From an uncultured Prevotellaceae bacterium (GTDB lineage Bacteria; Bacteroidota; Bacteroidia; Bacteroidales; Bacteroidaceae), in NCBI GenBank assembly GCA_900320255.1, contig ONRS01000027.1, forward strand, positions 922 to 64,921: DNA of 64,000 nt, in the 5' to 3' direction. Positions 29,924-40,975 of the stretch are shown piece after piece. Under the pieces are notes generated by a model that worked only from the letters and a program-made list of their open reading frames with translations, did no database searches and was not told the origin of the DNA. Position numbers and translations under genes: made by a program. Within the stretch, counting starts at the first letter, position 1, and every line of letters begins with the position of its first letter.

Positions 29924-32900
29924 ATGAAGAATTTTAAGCAATTAATCAGACAGGCGATTCCGGCGATTTTGATGCTAATGGCATTCTGTACTTCGCTACA
30001 GGCTCAGAACGGCATCACAGTCAAAGGTGTTGTCTCGGATGCGACGGGGGAACCGCTTATCGGTGCCACGGTCGCTGTGAAGGGTAGTCCTTCACTGGTT
30101 ACAGTAACAGACCTTGATGGTAACTTCTCCTTGAAAGTACCCTCGGAATCTTCTACGCTTGTTTTCACCTATGTGGGTATGAGTCCCAAGGAGGTGACGG
30201 TCGGCAAGCAGCGCAATTTCGTAATTGAGCTTTCAGAAGATGCTCAGCTTGAAGAGGTCGTGGTGGTAGGCTTCGGCCAGCAGAAGAAAGCCTCTGTGGT
30301 GGGTGCTATCACCCAGACCACGGGTGAGGTGCTGCAGCGAGCAGCAGGTATCACTGACATTGGTGCTGCCCTGACGGGTAACCTGCCTGGTGTCATCACG
30401 ACGGCTTCGTCTGGTATCCCTGGTGAGGAAGAGCCGCAGATTATTATCCGTGGTGCTTCGTCTTGGAACAACTCGTCACCGCTCGTCCTTGTCGATGGTA
30501 TTGAGCGCCCCATGTCCAGCGTCGATATGCAGTCAGTGGCTTCGGTTTCAGTACTGAAGGACGCATCGGCAACAGCAGTATATGGTGTAAAGGGAGCTAA
30601 CGGTGTGATTCTGATTACCACCAAGCGTGGTCAGGAGGGTTCGGCACAGATTAACGTATCGGCCAATGCCGTGATGAAGATTCCTTCAAAGCTGCCTGAT
30701 AAGTATGACTCTTACGACGCAATGATTGCCCGCAACATGGCTGTTGAGCATGAGTTGAACCTGAACCCGGAGAGCTTTGCCTACATGAAGCCCCTGAGCT
30801 TTATCCAGAACTATCGCAACCAGACCACCGTTGAGCAGCGCGAGCGCTACCCGAACGTTGACTGGCAGGACGTGATGTTCAAGGACTACACCATGTCTTA
30901 CAATGCTAACTTGAACGTCAGCGGTGGTACGAAGTTCGTGAAGTATTTCGCCAGCGTTGACTTCGTCACAGAGAGCGACTTGTTCAAGAGCTTCCCCACA
31001 GGTCGTCACTACGACCGTTCTATATCTTTTAATCGCGTGAACGTGCGCTCGAACCTTGACTTTAACATCACGAAGAGCACCGTCTTCAAGATTAACATTG
31101 CCGGTTCTAACGGTAAGCAGAAGTCTCCGTGGGAGCGTGGTCACGAGTGGGACAACGGTTCCTCATTAGGTTGGCAGATGTCACAGATGTGGGCCGGTGT
31201 CTATAACATTTCTCCTGATGCCTTCCTGCCGCAGTACAGCGACGGATCGTGGGGTTTCCTGCCCGGTTCTACCAACGTGAGCAACTCTGCACAGACCTCT
31301 TCTATCGGTGGTGTGCAGGAAATTACCACTACGCGTATCAATACCGACTTTGTATTGGAGCAGAACCTCGACTTTGTCACCAAAGGTCTGAACTTCATGG
31401 GCCGCATTGCATGGGATAACGTGTTCCGTGAGGACCGCCGTGGTATTGCCGACCTGTACAACGACCCGCAGCTCAAGTGGATTGACCCCGAGACAGGCAT
31501 TGCACAGTATAAGCAGCCTTACGAAGCCTACGACCGCTTCGACTACACCATGGGTGAGAAGTGGAGCACACGGGGTGGTGAGGTGAACAACTGGGCTACC
31601 CAGCGTAACCTGACCTACCAGTTGCAGCTCAACTGGGCTCGTACCTTCGGCGACCACGAGGTAACCGCCATGGGTAACTTCGGACGTACCGAATTTGCTA
31701 CAGGTTCAGAGATTCCTCACTACCGTGAAGACTGGGTATTCCGTTTAACCTATAACTGGGCACGCCGCTACTTCGCTGAGTATAGTGGTGCTTACAACGG
31801 TTCAGAGAAATTCTCTTCTGACAACCGTTTCGCCTTCTTCCACTCTGGTTCAGTAGGTTGGACCATCAGTGAGGAGCCATTCATGAAATATCTCCGCGAA
31901 AAGCATATCATCGACATGTTGAAGCTCCGTGCTTCTTACGGTGAAATTGGTGATGACAACGTAGGTGACCGCTTCCTCTATATGACGCAGTGGGCTTACG
32001 GTGGCCGCACGGTGCTGGACGTCACGTCTGGTAACGGATTTAAAGCCGACGACATGTCAACACCTGGTTCTCCCTATGTCTTCTATCGTGAATCAACAGT
32101 AGGTAACCCCAACATTCACTGGGAGACGGTGAAGAAGTTCAACTTCGGTATTGACTATAGCATTCTCGGTGGCTTGCTGGCCGGTTCTTTCGATTTCTTC
32201 CGCGACAAGCGTGACGACATCCTCGTAAACGGTACCGACCGTGCCGTACCTTCCTACTTCGGTCAGGCTCCTGCATGGGCTAACCTCGGTGTAGCCAAGA
32301 CCAGGGGTTACGAGTTTGAGATTCGTTTCAACAAGTTGCTGGCTAACCAGATGCACATCTGGGCTAACCTGAGCATGACCCACGCGCTGAATGAGATTGA
32401 AGTGAAGGACGATTCACCGCTGCTGCCTAGCTACAAGAAGGCTGCCGGTTACGCCATCGGTCAGACCCATGCCTTCATTGACAGGGGCATGATGCAGACC
32501 TACGACGACATATTCGGTTCACCGAAGCATGACTCTAACGATAACCAGAAGCTGCCCGGTGACTACTACATCGTCGATTTCAATGGTGATGGTGTCATTG
32601 ACAACGTGAACGATAACGTTCCTTACGGATACACGGGCACTCCCCAGAATACTTATAACGCATCGTTCGGCTTTGAGTGGAAGGGTTTCAGCTTCTTTGC
32701 TCAGTTCTACGGTGTGACCAACGTAACGCGTGACGTTACCATGATCAGCCTTAATGACCCCATGCAGGCCAACGTCTATGACCAGGGAACCTGGTGGAGT
32801 GAAGACCACCTGGGTGCCGACATCCTGACACCGCGTTTCAACTCTAAGCCCTCTTACTATTATGGTACGCAGTATCTTTGCGACGGTAGCTACATCCGTC

Positions 32901-33112
32901 TGAAGAACGTGAAGATAGGCTATACCTTCACACAGCCCTGGGTACGCAAGATTGGTATGAAGAGCCTTGAGGTCTTCGTCAGCGGTAATAACCTCTGGCT
33001 CTGGACCCGTATGCCTGATGACCGTGAGTCTAACTTCTCAAGCTATGGTGGTGCTACCGGTGCATATCCAACCGTGAAGCGTCTGAATTTCGGTATCAAA
33101 GTAAATCTTTAA
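29924..33112 (+). CDS. susC: SusC-family TonB-dependent transporter (XusA-like)
   Basis: GEPLIGATV..TDLDGNF N-terminal domain, EEVVVVGFG, LKDASATAVYGVKGANGVILITTKRG, LKLRASYG, GSYIRLKN. Confidence 0.95.
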   Translation: MKNFKQLIRQAIPAILMLMAFCTSLQAQNGITVKGVVSDATGEPLIGATVAVKGSPSLVTVTDLDGNFSLKVPSESSTLVFTYVGMSPKEVTVGKQRNFVIELSEDAQLEEVVVVGFGQQKKASVVGAITQTTGEVLQRAAGITDIGAALTGNLPGVITTASSGIPGEEEPQIIIRGASSWNNSSPLVLVDGIERPMSSVDMQSVASVSVLKDASATAVYGVKGANGVILITTKRGQEGSAQINVSANAVMKIPSKLPDKYDSYDAMIARNMAVEHELNLNPESFAYMKPLSFIQNYRNQTTVEQRERYPNVDWQDVMFKDYTMSYNANLNVSGGTKFVKYFASVDFVTESDLFKSFPTGRHYDRSISFNRVNVRSNLDFNITKSTVFKINIAGSNGKQKSPWERGHEWDNGSSLGWQMSQMWAGVYNISPDAFLPQYSDGSWGFLPGSTNVSNSAQTSSIGGVQEITTTRINTDFVLEQNLDFVTKGLNFMGRIAWDNVFREDRRGIADLYNDPQLKWIDPETGIAQYKQPYEAYDRFDYTMGEKWSTRGGEVNNWATQRNLTYQLQLNWARTFGDHEVTAMGNFGRTEFATGSEIPHYREDWVFRLTYNWARRYFAEYSGAYNGSEKFSSDNRFAFFHSGSVGWTISEEPFMKYLREKHIIDMLKLRASYGEIGDDNVGDRFLYMTQWAYGGRTVLDVTSGNGFKADDMSTPGSPYVFYRESTVGNPNIHWETVKKFNFGIDYSILGGLLAGSFDFFRDKRDDILVNGTDRAVPSYFGQAPAWANLGVAKTRGYEFEIRFNKLLANQMHIWANLSMTHALNEIEVKDDSPLLPSYKKAAGYAIGQTHAFIDRGMMQTYDDIFGSPKHDSNDNQKLPGDYYIVDFNGDGVIDNVNDNVPYGYTGTPQNTYNASFGFEWKGFSFFAQFYGVTNVTRDVTMISLNDPMQANVYDQGTWWSEDHLGADILTPRFNSKPSYYYGTQYLCDGSYIRLKNVKIGYTFTQPWVRKIGMKSLEVFVSGNNLWLWTRMPDDRESNFSSYGGATGAYPTVKRLNFGIKVNL

Positions 33113-33127
33113 GAAAGGAAAAGAGCA

Positions 33128-35098
33128 ATGAAAAAAATTAACCGTTATATATATATAGGAATAGCCGCACTGACGCTTACTTTCGGAACAGCTTCTTGCA
33201 CAGACTATCTGGATAAGGAGCCGGACTCTACGGTAGGTGGCGACGAGGCTTTTAAGAACTTCACCAATTTTCAGGGCTTCGTAGAGGAATCTTATAACTG
33301 TATTCCCAACAAGGAGTCGAACTTCTGGTGCTGCACCTTCAACTGGGGTGAGGACGAGCTGATGAACACTGGCGGTGGCGACAGCCACGTGACAGCTCAC
33401 TTCGACCTGGGTGACTATCGTGACTGGTACAACAACGACCAGAGCTTCCTGCACCGTAACGCAGCAAACCTGAGCACCACATCAAACGACAAGTTTGCTC
33501 ACTCACTGGAGCATGCCTGGTACTGCATCCGTAAGATGAACATCGGACTGGAAAATCTGGACAAGCTAACCGACGCAACGGCTGAAGAAAAAAATCTTAT
33601 CAAGGGTCAGCTGCTCTTCTTCCGTGCCTGGTGGCATGAGGAGATGATGGTTTGGTTTGGCGGTCTGCCCTACGTTGACCGTTCATTGGCTGCTGACGAG
33701 GTCCTGACTTTGCCGCGCCTCACCTTCCAGGAGTGCGCTGTGCGCTGTGCCGAGGACTTCCGTGCCGCTGCCGACCTGCTGCCTAACAACTGGGACAACA
33801 CGACCATTGGTAAGAAGACCTTGGGTAAGAACGACCTGCGTATCACGAAGGTATGTGCGCTGGGTTACTTAGGCAAGGTGCTGCTTTGGGCTGCTTCTCC
33901 GCTGAACGAGAAGGGTGCACAGACTGGTGCCTCGAAGAATGGTGTCACTTATCAGTACAACGTCGAACTGGCAACCCGCGCAGCAGACGCACTGGCAGAG
34001 GCCATTGCTCAAATTGAGAGTGGGGCTACGCCATACGGACTGGCTGAGTATAAGTATTCGGACATTTACAACCATGAGGCTGATCCAAGTTCTAATAGTA
34101 ACTTCTCTGACATTTTCTACACTACTGGCCAGAGCTGGAAGATGCCAGGAACCATTGAGGCTATTATGCGTGGCCCGATGCCCGACATCAACGGTTCAAA
34201 CTGGAACTTCGCCAAACTGTGGGGCCCGAAGGTCAACAACCTTGTTGAGCACGACGCTATCATCCACATGCCTACGGCTAACTACATTAACTATGCCTAC
34301 GGCATGGCAAACGGTCTGCCTATTACAGATCCCGAATCTGGTTTCGATCCGACACACCCGTTCAAGGACCGCGACCCGCGCTTCTATCATGACATCATGT
34401 TCGATGGATTCAAGTTCCTGAACACCACACCGTCTTCAGATGACGACAAAGCATTCCAGTACCTGGAGATGTTTACCGGCGGTAACATGGTACCTACAGG
34501 CAATCCCCAGCGTAGTGCCGATGGTAGCCGAACAGGTTACTTCTGCCAGAAGCTGGTTCCCCACCAGTGCAATAAGTACGACGGAATGTACAACTGGGGT
34601 GGTGCCCTGCAGACCTATCTTCCTTACATGCGCGTAGCCGACATCTATCTGATGTATGCCGAGGCAGGTGCTGCTGTTCAGGGTGCAACCTTCAAGAACA
34701 ACAAGTGCCAGCATACTGCTGCTGATGCCATCAACGTACTGCGCGACCGTGTAGGTGCCGGACATGTAGCCGACAAGTTCTTGGGCGACAAGAACAAGTT
34801 TATGGATGAGGTTCGCCGTGAGCGTGCCTGCGAGCTGGCCTTTGAGGGCTTCCGTTGGAACGACCTTCAGCGCTGGCTGCTGCTGACCGAGTATCCTTAC
34901 AACATCAAGACCCGTGCAGAGTTCAAGCGTGTAGGCAACTTCGACTATGCTAAGAATGATCCTCGTGATGCAGAGGTAACGGGTTGGAGCGAAACGACCA
35001 TCGTTGAGCGTAACTTCGGAACCAAGCACTACCTGTTGCCACTGAAGGAGAGCGATGTTTATCTTTATGCAGAATATCCTCAGAACCCCGGATGGTAA
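33128..35098 (+). CDS. susD: SusD/RagB family lipoprotein (XusB-like)
   Basis: TASCTDYLDK, FFRAWW, RDPRF, RVADIYLMYAEA, ERACELAFEGFRWNDLQRW, QNPGW. Confidence 0.95.
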   Translation: MKKINRYIYIGIAALTLTFGTASCTDYLDKEPDSTVGGDEAFKNFTNFQGFVEESYNCIPNKESNFWCCTFNWGEDELMNTGGGDSHVTAHFDLGDYRDWYNNDQSFLHRNAANLSTTSNDKFAHSLEHAWYCIRKMNIGLENLDKLTDATAEEKNLIKGQLLFFRAWWHEEMMVWFGGLPYVDRSLAADEVLTLPRLTFQECAVRCAEDFRAAADLLPNNWDNTTIGKKTLGKNDLRITKVCALGYLGKVLLWAASPLNEKGAQTGASKNGVTYQYNVELATRAADALAEAIAQIESGATPYGLAEYKYSDIYNHEADPSSNSNFSDIFYTTGQSWKMPGTIEAIMRGPMPDINGSNWNFAKLWGPKVNNLVEHDAIIHMPTANYINYAYGMANGLPITDPESGFDPTHPFKDRDPRFYHDIMFDGFKFLNTTPSSDDDKAFQYLEMFTGGNMVPTGNPQRSADGSRTGYFCQKLVPHQCNKYDGMYNWGGALQTYLPYMRVADIYLMYAEAGAAVQGATFKNNKCQHTAADAINVLRDRVGAGHVADKFLGDKNKFMDEVRRERACELAFEGFRWNDLQRWLLLTEYPYNIKTRAEFKRVGNFDYAKNDPRDAEVTGWSETTIVERNFGTKHYLLPLKESDVYLYAEYPQNPGW

Positions 35099-35104
35099 AC
35101 CTTT

Positions 35105-35160
35105 AAAGGTAAAAAAGTAAAAAGGTAAAAAAGTGAAAAAGTGAAAAAGTGAAAAAGTTA
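35105..35160 (+). repeat. Octamer array AAA(A/G)GT(A/G/T)A x7 ending on the start codon
   Basis: Fills the susD1-susC2 spacer; the last base of the last unit is the A of ATG. Confidence 0.92.
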
Positions 35161-37976
35161 TGAAACATAAGATATTATATATGTCAGCTCTTCTGGCAAT
35201 GGCGGCAGTGACTCCTGTTCAGGCCCAGATTGACACAGAGTCAGACACTACACTGGTCAATGTGGCTTTCCGCAAGGTAGCCAAGGAAGACATCATGGGT
35301 GGCGTCTCGACGCTCAACTACCGGGAGCTGGTCAACAAGAACTACAGCACATACACCTTCGACAACATGCAGGGTTATGTAGCTGGTTACAATGGCAACA
35401 GCCTCTGGGGAATGACGGGCGCACTGGTGCTCGTAGATGGTGTGCCCCGTGATGCGAACAACATCAAGCCTGATGAGATTGAGGAAATCACATTCCTGAA
35501 GGGAGCCCAGGCAGTAGTGCTCTACGGTAGCCGCGCCGCTCAGGGTGCCATTCTGATTACCACCAAGCGTGGACAGGTGAACGACGGACTTGATGTCAAT
35601 GTCCGCATCAACACAGGTTGGGCTGTAGCCAAGGCTTATCCTGAATATTTAGGCTCTGCCGAGTACATGACCCTCTACAACGAGGCTCGTGCCAACGACG
35701 GTCTGGCAGCCCTTTACACACCGGAACAGATTTACAACACGGCCAGCGGACTGAATCCCTACCGCTATCCGAATGTAAACTTCTACAGTTCTGATTACAT
35801 CAAGAAGAGCTACAACCGCAGCGATGCCACAGCAGAGATTCAGGGCGGCAACGAGCGTGCCCGCTTCTATGCCAACGTGAGCTACTACCGTGTAGGCGAC
35901 TTCCTGAACTTTGGTGAGGCAAAGGACAACTACACCGACCGCTTCAACGTACGTGGTAATGTGGATATGCGCATTAACAACTTCCTGACGGCCTACGTGA
36001 ATGCCAACGCTACGTTCTATAACGCCAAGTCGGCTAACACCAATCAGGACGGTGACGGCTTCTGGGCTATGGCAGCAACCATGCGCCCCAACCGCGTCAG
36101 CCCGCTCATTCCCGTCAGCTATCTGGACGAGAATGCCCTGGCTGCCAAGACACTCATTGACAATACCTATAATATTTATAATGGTATGTTCCTGGCTGGT
36201 ACGCAGACGGACCAGACCAACATCTTCGGTGACTACTATGCTGCAGGCAACAACACCTGGACCAGCCGTCAGTTCCAGTTCGACGCTGGTGTGAATGCCA
36301 ATCTCGATGCACTCCTGAAGGGTCTGAGCTTCCACGCTATGGTAGCTGTTGACTATGCTACCAGCTACAGCAAATCGTTCAACAACACTTACGCTACCTT
36401 TGAGCCGACCTGGAGCAACTACAACGGTAAGGATGTGATTGTTGCCCTGAACAACCACGGAACGGTGGATAAGAAGTCAGGTGTACAGAACATCGGTGGT
36501 TCTACCGACAACCAGACCATTGCTTTCAACGCGCATTTCGACTATAACCGTACTTTCAACGACGTCCACAACGTCAGCGCCATTCTGGTGGCTAACGGCT
36601 ATCAGCGATCGACCTCTGGCATCTACCACAAGGAAAGCAATGCCAACCTCGGCCTGCAACTCTCTTACAACTATGCCAAGAGATACTATCTGGACTTCGC
36701 AGTGGCAGCCCCCTGGTCAGCCCGTCTGCCGGAAGGACACCGCGCCGGGTTCTCTCCCTCGCTCACTTTGGGATGGAACCTTGCCAAGGAGCAGTTTTTG
36801 GAGGGCAGCATCTTCGACGACCTGACCCTGAGCCTCAGTGCCAGCAACTTGAAGACCGACCTGGGTATTGATGACTACTACATGTACCTCGGCACTTATC
36901 AGAGTGGCGGCTGGTGGGACTGGAACGGTCAGACTGGTCACTCTGCCGTACAGTCACGCCGTGGTGGTAACGATGACTTCGGTTACTTGAAGCGCAAGGA
37001 GTTCTCTGCTCATCTGCATGCCGCCCTGCTGCAGCGTACACTGACGTTGGACGCTTCATTCTTCACCAGCAAGATGGACGGTGGCATCATCATGGCAACT
37101 AACCAGATGCCGAGCTACTTCCGCGTATATTATCCTGAGTCTTCATTCGTTCCCTACTTGAACTATAACGCCGACACTCGCACGGGCTTCGACCTGTCTC
37201 TGAACTACAAGAAGCAGTTTGGCGACTTCGGCTTCCAGGGTGGGCTGAACATGACTTACTACACCACGAAGGCCAGCAAGCGTGACGACACGAACTTTGC
37301 TGACGCTTACCAGTACCGTCAGGGCAAGCCGCTCGACACCATCTGGGGCTATGAGTGCCTTGGCTTCTTCAAGGACGAGGCCGACGTAGAGAACTCTCCC
37401 AAGCAGACGCTGGGTGGTACCGTCAAACCTGGTGACCTGAAGTATAAGGACCAGAACGGTGACGGTGTCATTGACACCAAAGACCAGGTTGACCTGGGCA
37501 AGGGCGGCTGGTATGGCGCTCCCATGACTTTGGGTGTGAACCTCACCTTCAAGTACAAGAACTTCACCCTCTTCGTGCTCGGTGTTGGCGGCTTTGGCGG
37601 TCATGCCATGAAGAGCAACAGCTACTGGTGGATTGACCAGGAAGACAAGTACTCTGCAGCCGTTCGCGGGCGTTGGACTCCCGAGACGGCAGAGACAGCT
37701 ACCTATCCTCGTCTGACCACTCAGAGTGGTGCCAACAACAACACCAACTCCGACTTCTGGATTTACTCTACTTCACGCTTCGACCTGGCCAAGGTACAGC
37801 TCACTTACGACTTCCCGAAGAGCATCTTCGGCAGCAGCTTCGTGAAGGGCCTCTCCGTCTATGCCAGCGGCAACAGCCTGCTGACTCTTGCCAAGGAGCG
37901 CGAGCTGCTGGAAATGAATGTAGGCAGTGCACCGCAGTCACGTTTCTACAACCTTGGCGTGAAGGTAAACTTTTAA
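35160..37976 (+). CDS. susC: Second, N-terminally short SusC-family transporter (XusC-like)
   Basis: LVLVDGVPRD, LKGAQAVVLYGSRAAQGAILITTKRG, PGDLKYKDQNGDG, terminal Phe. Confidence 0.93.
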   Translation: MKHKILYMSALLAMAAVTPVQAQIDTESDTTLVNVAFRKVAKEDIMGGVSTLNYRELVNKNYSTYTFDNMQGYVAGYNGNSLWGMTGALVLVDGVPRDANNIKPDEIEEITFLKGAQAVVLYGSRAAQGAILITTKRGQVNDGLDVNVRINTGWAVAKAYPEYLGSAEYMTLYNEARANDGLAALYTPEQIYNTASGLNPYRYPNVNFYSSDYIKKSYNRSDATAEIQGGNERARFYANVSYYRVGDFLNFGEAKDNYTDRFNVRGNVDMRINNFLTAYVNANATFYNAKSANTNQDGDGFWAMAATMRPNRVSPLIPVSYLDENALAAKTLIDNTYNIYNGMFLAGTQTDQTNIFGDYYAAGNNTWTSRQFQFDAGVNANLDALLKGLSFHAMVAVDYATSYSKSFNNTYATFEPTWSNYNGKDVIVALNNHGTVDKKSGVQNIGGSTDNQTIAFNAHFDYNRTFNDVHNVSAILVANGYQRSTSGIYHKESNANLGLQLSYNYAKRYYLDFAVAAPWSARLPEGHRAGFSPSLTLGWNLAKEQFLEGSIFDDLTLSLSASNLKTDLGIDDYYMYLGTYQSGGWWDWNGQTGHSAVQSRRGGNDDFGYLKRKEFSAHLHAALLQRTLTLDASFFTSKMDGGIIMATNQMPSYFRVYYPESSFVPYLNYNADTRTGFDLSLNYKKQFGDFGFQGGLNMTYYTTKASKRDDTNFADAYQYRQGKPLDTIWGYECLGFFKDEADVENSPKQTLGGTVKPGDLKYKDQNGDGVIDTKDQVDLGKGGWYGAPMTLGVNLTFKYKNFTLFVLGVGGFGGHAMKSNSYWWIDQEDKYSAAVRGRWTPETAETATYPRLTTQSGANNNTNSDFWIYSTSRFDLAKVQLTYDFPKSIFGSSFVKGLSVYASGNSLLTLAKERELLEMNVGSAPQSRFYNLGVKVNF

Positions 37977-38022
37977 AGGTGAAAAGGTGAAAAAGTTAAA
38001 AGGTTAAAAAGTGAAAAAGATA
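37975..38022 (+). repeat. Octamer array x6 ending on the start codon
   Basis: AAAGGTGA AAAGGTGA AAAAGTTA AAAGGTTA AAAAGTGA AAAAGATA then TG. Confidence 0.92.
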
Positions 38023-39809
38023 TGAAACTTAAGAATATTATCATTTTAGGTGTAGCCACAGTGGCCTTGACTTCCTGCGACGACCTGTTTGAGCCGGCAA
38101 TGGAGAACAATTTGGACATTAGCCAGATGTACAGCGACCCGCAGTTTGCCCGTGGTATGATTGACAACGCCTTCCTGGTACTTCCCTACGACGGAAGCCC
38201 CTCGACCGACGTTGCCACCGACGATGCCGTATCTAACGATGCTGACAATAACTACAAGAAGATGGCCACCGGCAGCTGGGCTTCCGACATGAACCCTGTT
38301 AACCAGTGGGACGTACGCTACCATGCCATTCAGTATTGTAACCTCTTCCTTGAGAATTGTGACAAGGTGCTCTGGGACTACACTTCAGAGTCACTCAACG
38401 AGATGCACCGCGACCTGTACAAGGGTCAGGCCTATGCCCTGCGCGGCCTGCACTTCTTCTACCTGCTCCGTGCTCATGCCGGCATGGCTGGCGGTCAGCT
38501 GATGGGTGTGCCCATCCATCTTTCTTCAGAGGATTTTTCGTCTGACTTCAACCAGCCTCGTAACACCTTCAAGGAGTGCATCGACCAGATTATGGCTGAC
38601 TTCGACGAGGCACTGAAGTACCTGCCCCAGGAGTATGGCGACGTTGATGCTGCCAGTGTTCCTGCCAAGTACAAGCAGATGGGTGCTGACGATGCAGAGT
38701 ATAACCGTGCGTTCGGTAGCCTGCAGCGTGGTAAGATTGATGGTCGCATGATTGCTGCCTTCAAGGCACAGGTTGCCCTGCTGGCTGCTTCGCCTGCCTT
38801 TGAGTCAGCAGGTGCTGCAACGTGGGAGCAGGCTGCCCAGCTGGCTGCTGCATCCCTGAAGAACGTAGGCGGTCTGGCAGGCATGGACCCCGAGGGCTGG
38901 CACTGGTTCAGCAATACTGCCTTCATTGAGGCCTTTAAGTTCACTAATCCCGACCCCGCTGAAATCTGCTGGCGTGGTACGGTAGGCGAGAGCCACAGCT
39001 TAGAGGCCGACAACTTCCCTCCCTCACTCTACGGTAAGGGACGTGTGAACCCCACACAGAACCTGGTTGATGCATTCCCCATGGCAAATGGCTACCCCAT
39101 CTCAGCCAGTGCATCCGGTTACAACAGCAGTGACCCGTACGCTAACCGCGACCCCCGCCTGAAGGCTTACATCCTTGTAAACGGTGAGACACAGGGGGCG
39201 AACGGCAGTGCCATCAATACCGCCATTGACGCTACTACCCTCGACGGTATCAACCGTGAGAACGGTGCATCCACCAAGACGGGCTACTATCTGCGAAAGC
39301 TGATGCGCAGCGACGTGAACCTTGACCCGTCGAGCACAACCGACAAGAAGCACTTCGGTGCCCGCATTCGTTACACCGAAATCTTCCTCGACTATGCCGA
39401 GGCTGCCAATGAGGCTCAGGGCCCCCGTGCTAACGTAGGTGGTGCCAACTACAGTGCCTACGATGTCATCAAGGCCATTCGCCATCGTGCTGGCGTAGGC
39501 GGCGACAGCGACCCCTATTTAGAGGAGTGTGCCGCCTCAAAGGAGAAGATGCGTGAGCTCATTCGCAATGAGCGCCGTCTGGAGCTCTGCTTCGAGAACC
39601 ACCGCTTCTGGGACCTCCGTCGCTGGAAGGCTAACCTGAACGATACTGCCCGTGGCATGGAAATCTCCACCAATACGGCCGGTGCGTTGGTCTTCAAACC
39701 CATCGACGTGGAACAGCGCAGCTATCAGGACTACATGATTTACGGTCCCATCCCTTATAGTGAACTCATGAAATATAGCAACCTCGTACAAAACGATGGC
39801 TGGCGTTAA
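38022..39809 (+). CDS. susD: SusD/RagB family lipoprotein (XusD-like)
   Basis: LTSCDDLF, RDPRL, RYTEIFLDYAEAANE, ERRLELCFENHRFWDLRRW, QNDGW. Confidence 0.95.
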   Translation: MKLKNIIILGVATVALTSCDDLFEPAMENNLDISQMYSDPQFARGMIDNAFLVLPYDGSPSTDVATDDAVSNDADNNYKKMATGSWASDMNPVNQWDVRYHAIQYCNLFLENCDKVLWDYTSESLNEMHRDLYKGQAYALRGLHFFYLLRAHAGMAGGQLMGVPIHLSSEDFSSDFNQPRNTFKECIDQIMADFDEALKYLPQEYGDVDAASVPAKYKQMGADDAEYNRAFGSLQRGKIDGRMIAAFKAQVALLAASPAFESAGAATWEQAAQLAAASLKNVGGLAGMDPEGWHWFSNTAFIEAFKFTNPDPAEICWRGTVGESHSLEADNFPPSLYGKGRVNPTQNLVDAFPMANGYPISASASGYNSSDPYANRDPRLKAYILVNGETQGANGSAINTAIDATTLDGINRENGASTKTGYYLRKLMRSDVNLDPSSTTDKKHFGARIRYTEIFLDYAEAANEAQGPRANVGGANYSAYDVIKAIRHRAGVGGDSDPYLEECAASKEKMRELIRNERRLELCFENHRFWDLRRWKANLNDTARGMEISTNTAGALVFKPIDVEQRSYQDYMIYGPIPYSELMKYSNLVQNDGWR

Positions 39810-39840
39810 TCAAAAAACAATGTAAAATTCGAAAAAGATT

Positions 39841-40923
39841 ATGAATAAGAAGAATATATCAAGAATCATGGGTGCTTGTCTTTTAAGCTGCGGCTTGGCC
39901 GCAGCCCTGACAGGCTGCAAGAACGGCAGTGCAGACTTCCCCGACTTTGAAGGTGGCACTACAGCCTATTTTGCCTACCAATATCCAGTACGCACCATCG
40001 TATTAGGTGACGACGATTATGACACCACGTTGGACAAAGCCCACCAGTGTCAGATCAAGGCCACCTTCGGCGGTTCTTACAGTGGCAGCAACGGCACCGT
40101 TCAGGTGGCTGTTGACCCCACGCTGGTAGATGGTCTGACCTTCGAGGACGGCACGCCCGTCAAGGCCATGCCTGAGAGCTACTACTCGTTGTCAACCACT
40201 AACTTGGCTTTCAACGGAACTTTCAACGGCACCACTACCGTACAGCTCACCGATGCTTTCTTTGCCGACCCCGATGCCGTCAAGAACACCTATGTTATTC
40301 CTTTGGTAATGACAGGTCAGACTGGTTTTGGCAAGATTCTCACCGGAGAGCTCAACGAGGGTGCTTCGCCCGTCCGTCAGGATGCTTCTCAGTGGGCAGT
40401 TCAGCCAAAAGACTTCGTGCTCTACTGCGTGAAGTTCCAGAACAAGTACTCTGGCTTCTGGCTGACCAATGGCAACACCTCCATTGACAATATTGAAAAA
40501 GCTGGTAATGTGCAGATTGTTTCTAAATCCATGAATACCTGTACTTATAATGTTTCCTACCAAAGAAAGTATCAGGCCCGCACTTATGAGGACGGAAATG
40601 AAGTACCCAAGTGGGAAGATAGAATGTTCACCGCCACCTTGCTGCTGACTTTCAACGATAACAATCAGTGCACCATTACGTCGCTTACAGATGGAATTAC
40701 TGCTACAGGTAGCGGCACATGGACTGACGATGGTGCCAAAAAGTCATGGAACAACAAGGACCGTGACCTCATGGAACTCAACTATAGTATTCCTGACTTC
40801 GGTGTTGATGACTATGGTAACACTGTTGAGGGTGCAAATACCCACGAGATGATGGTTTGGCTCCGCAGCGGTGTCAGTCTGACTGGTGCTTCTAAGGAAT
40901 TTTCACCTGTATATACTAAGTAA
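39841..40923 (+). CDS. Surface glycan-binding lipoprotein (DUF1735-type, XusE-like)
   Basis: Lipobox LTGC; YFAYQYPVRT, MPESYYSL, YVIPL; lies between susD and GH10. Confidence 0.8.
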   Translation: MNKKNISRIMGACLLSCGLAAALTGCKNGSADFPDFEGGTTAYFAYQYPVRTIVLGDDDYDTTLDKAHQCQIKATFGGSYSGSNGTVQVAVDPTLVDGLTFEDGTPVKAMPESYYSLSTTNLAFNGTFNGTTTVQLTDAFFADPDAVKNTYVIPLVMTGQTGFGKILTGELNEGASPVRQDASQWAVQPKDFVLYCVKFQNKYSGFWLTNGNTSIDNIEKAGNVQIVSKSMNTCTYNVSYQRKYQARTYEDGNEVPKWEDRMFTATLLLTFNDNNQCTITSLTDGITATGSGTWTDDGAKKSWNNKDRDLMELNYSIPDFGVDDYGNTVEGANTHEMMVWLRSGVSLTGASKEFSPVYTK

Positions 40924-40927
40924 ATCG

Positions 40928-40975
40928 TAAGGTGAAAATGTGAAAAAGTGAAAATGTGAAAAAGTGAAAAAGTTA
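40928..40975 (+). repeat. Octamer array x6 ending on the start codon
   Basis: TAAGGTGA AAATGTGA AAAAGTGA AAATGTGA AAAAGTGA AAAAGTTA then TG. Confidence 0.92.
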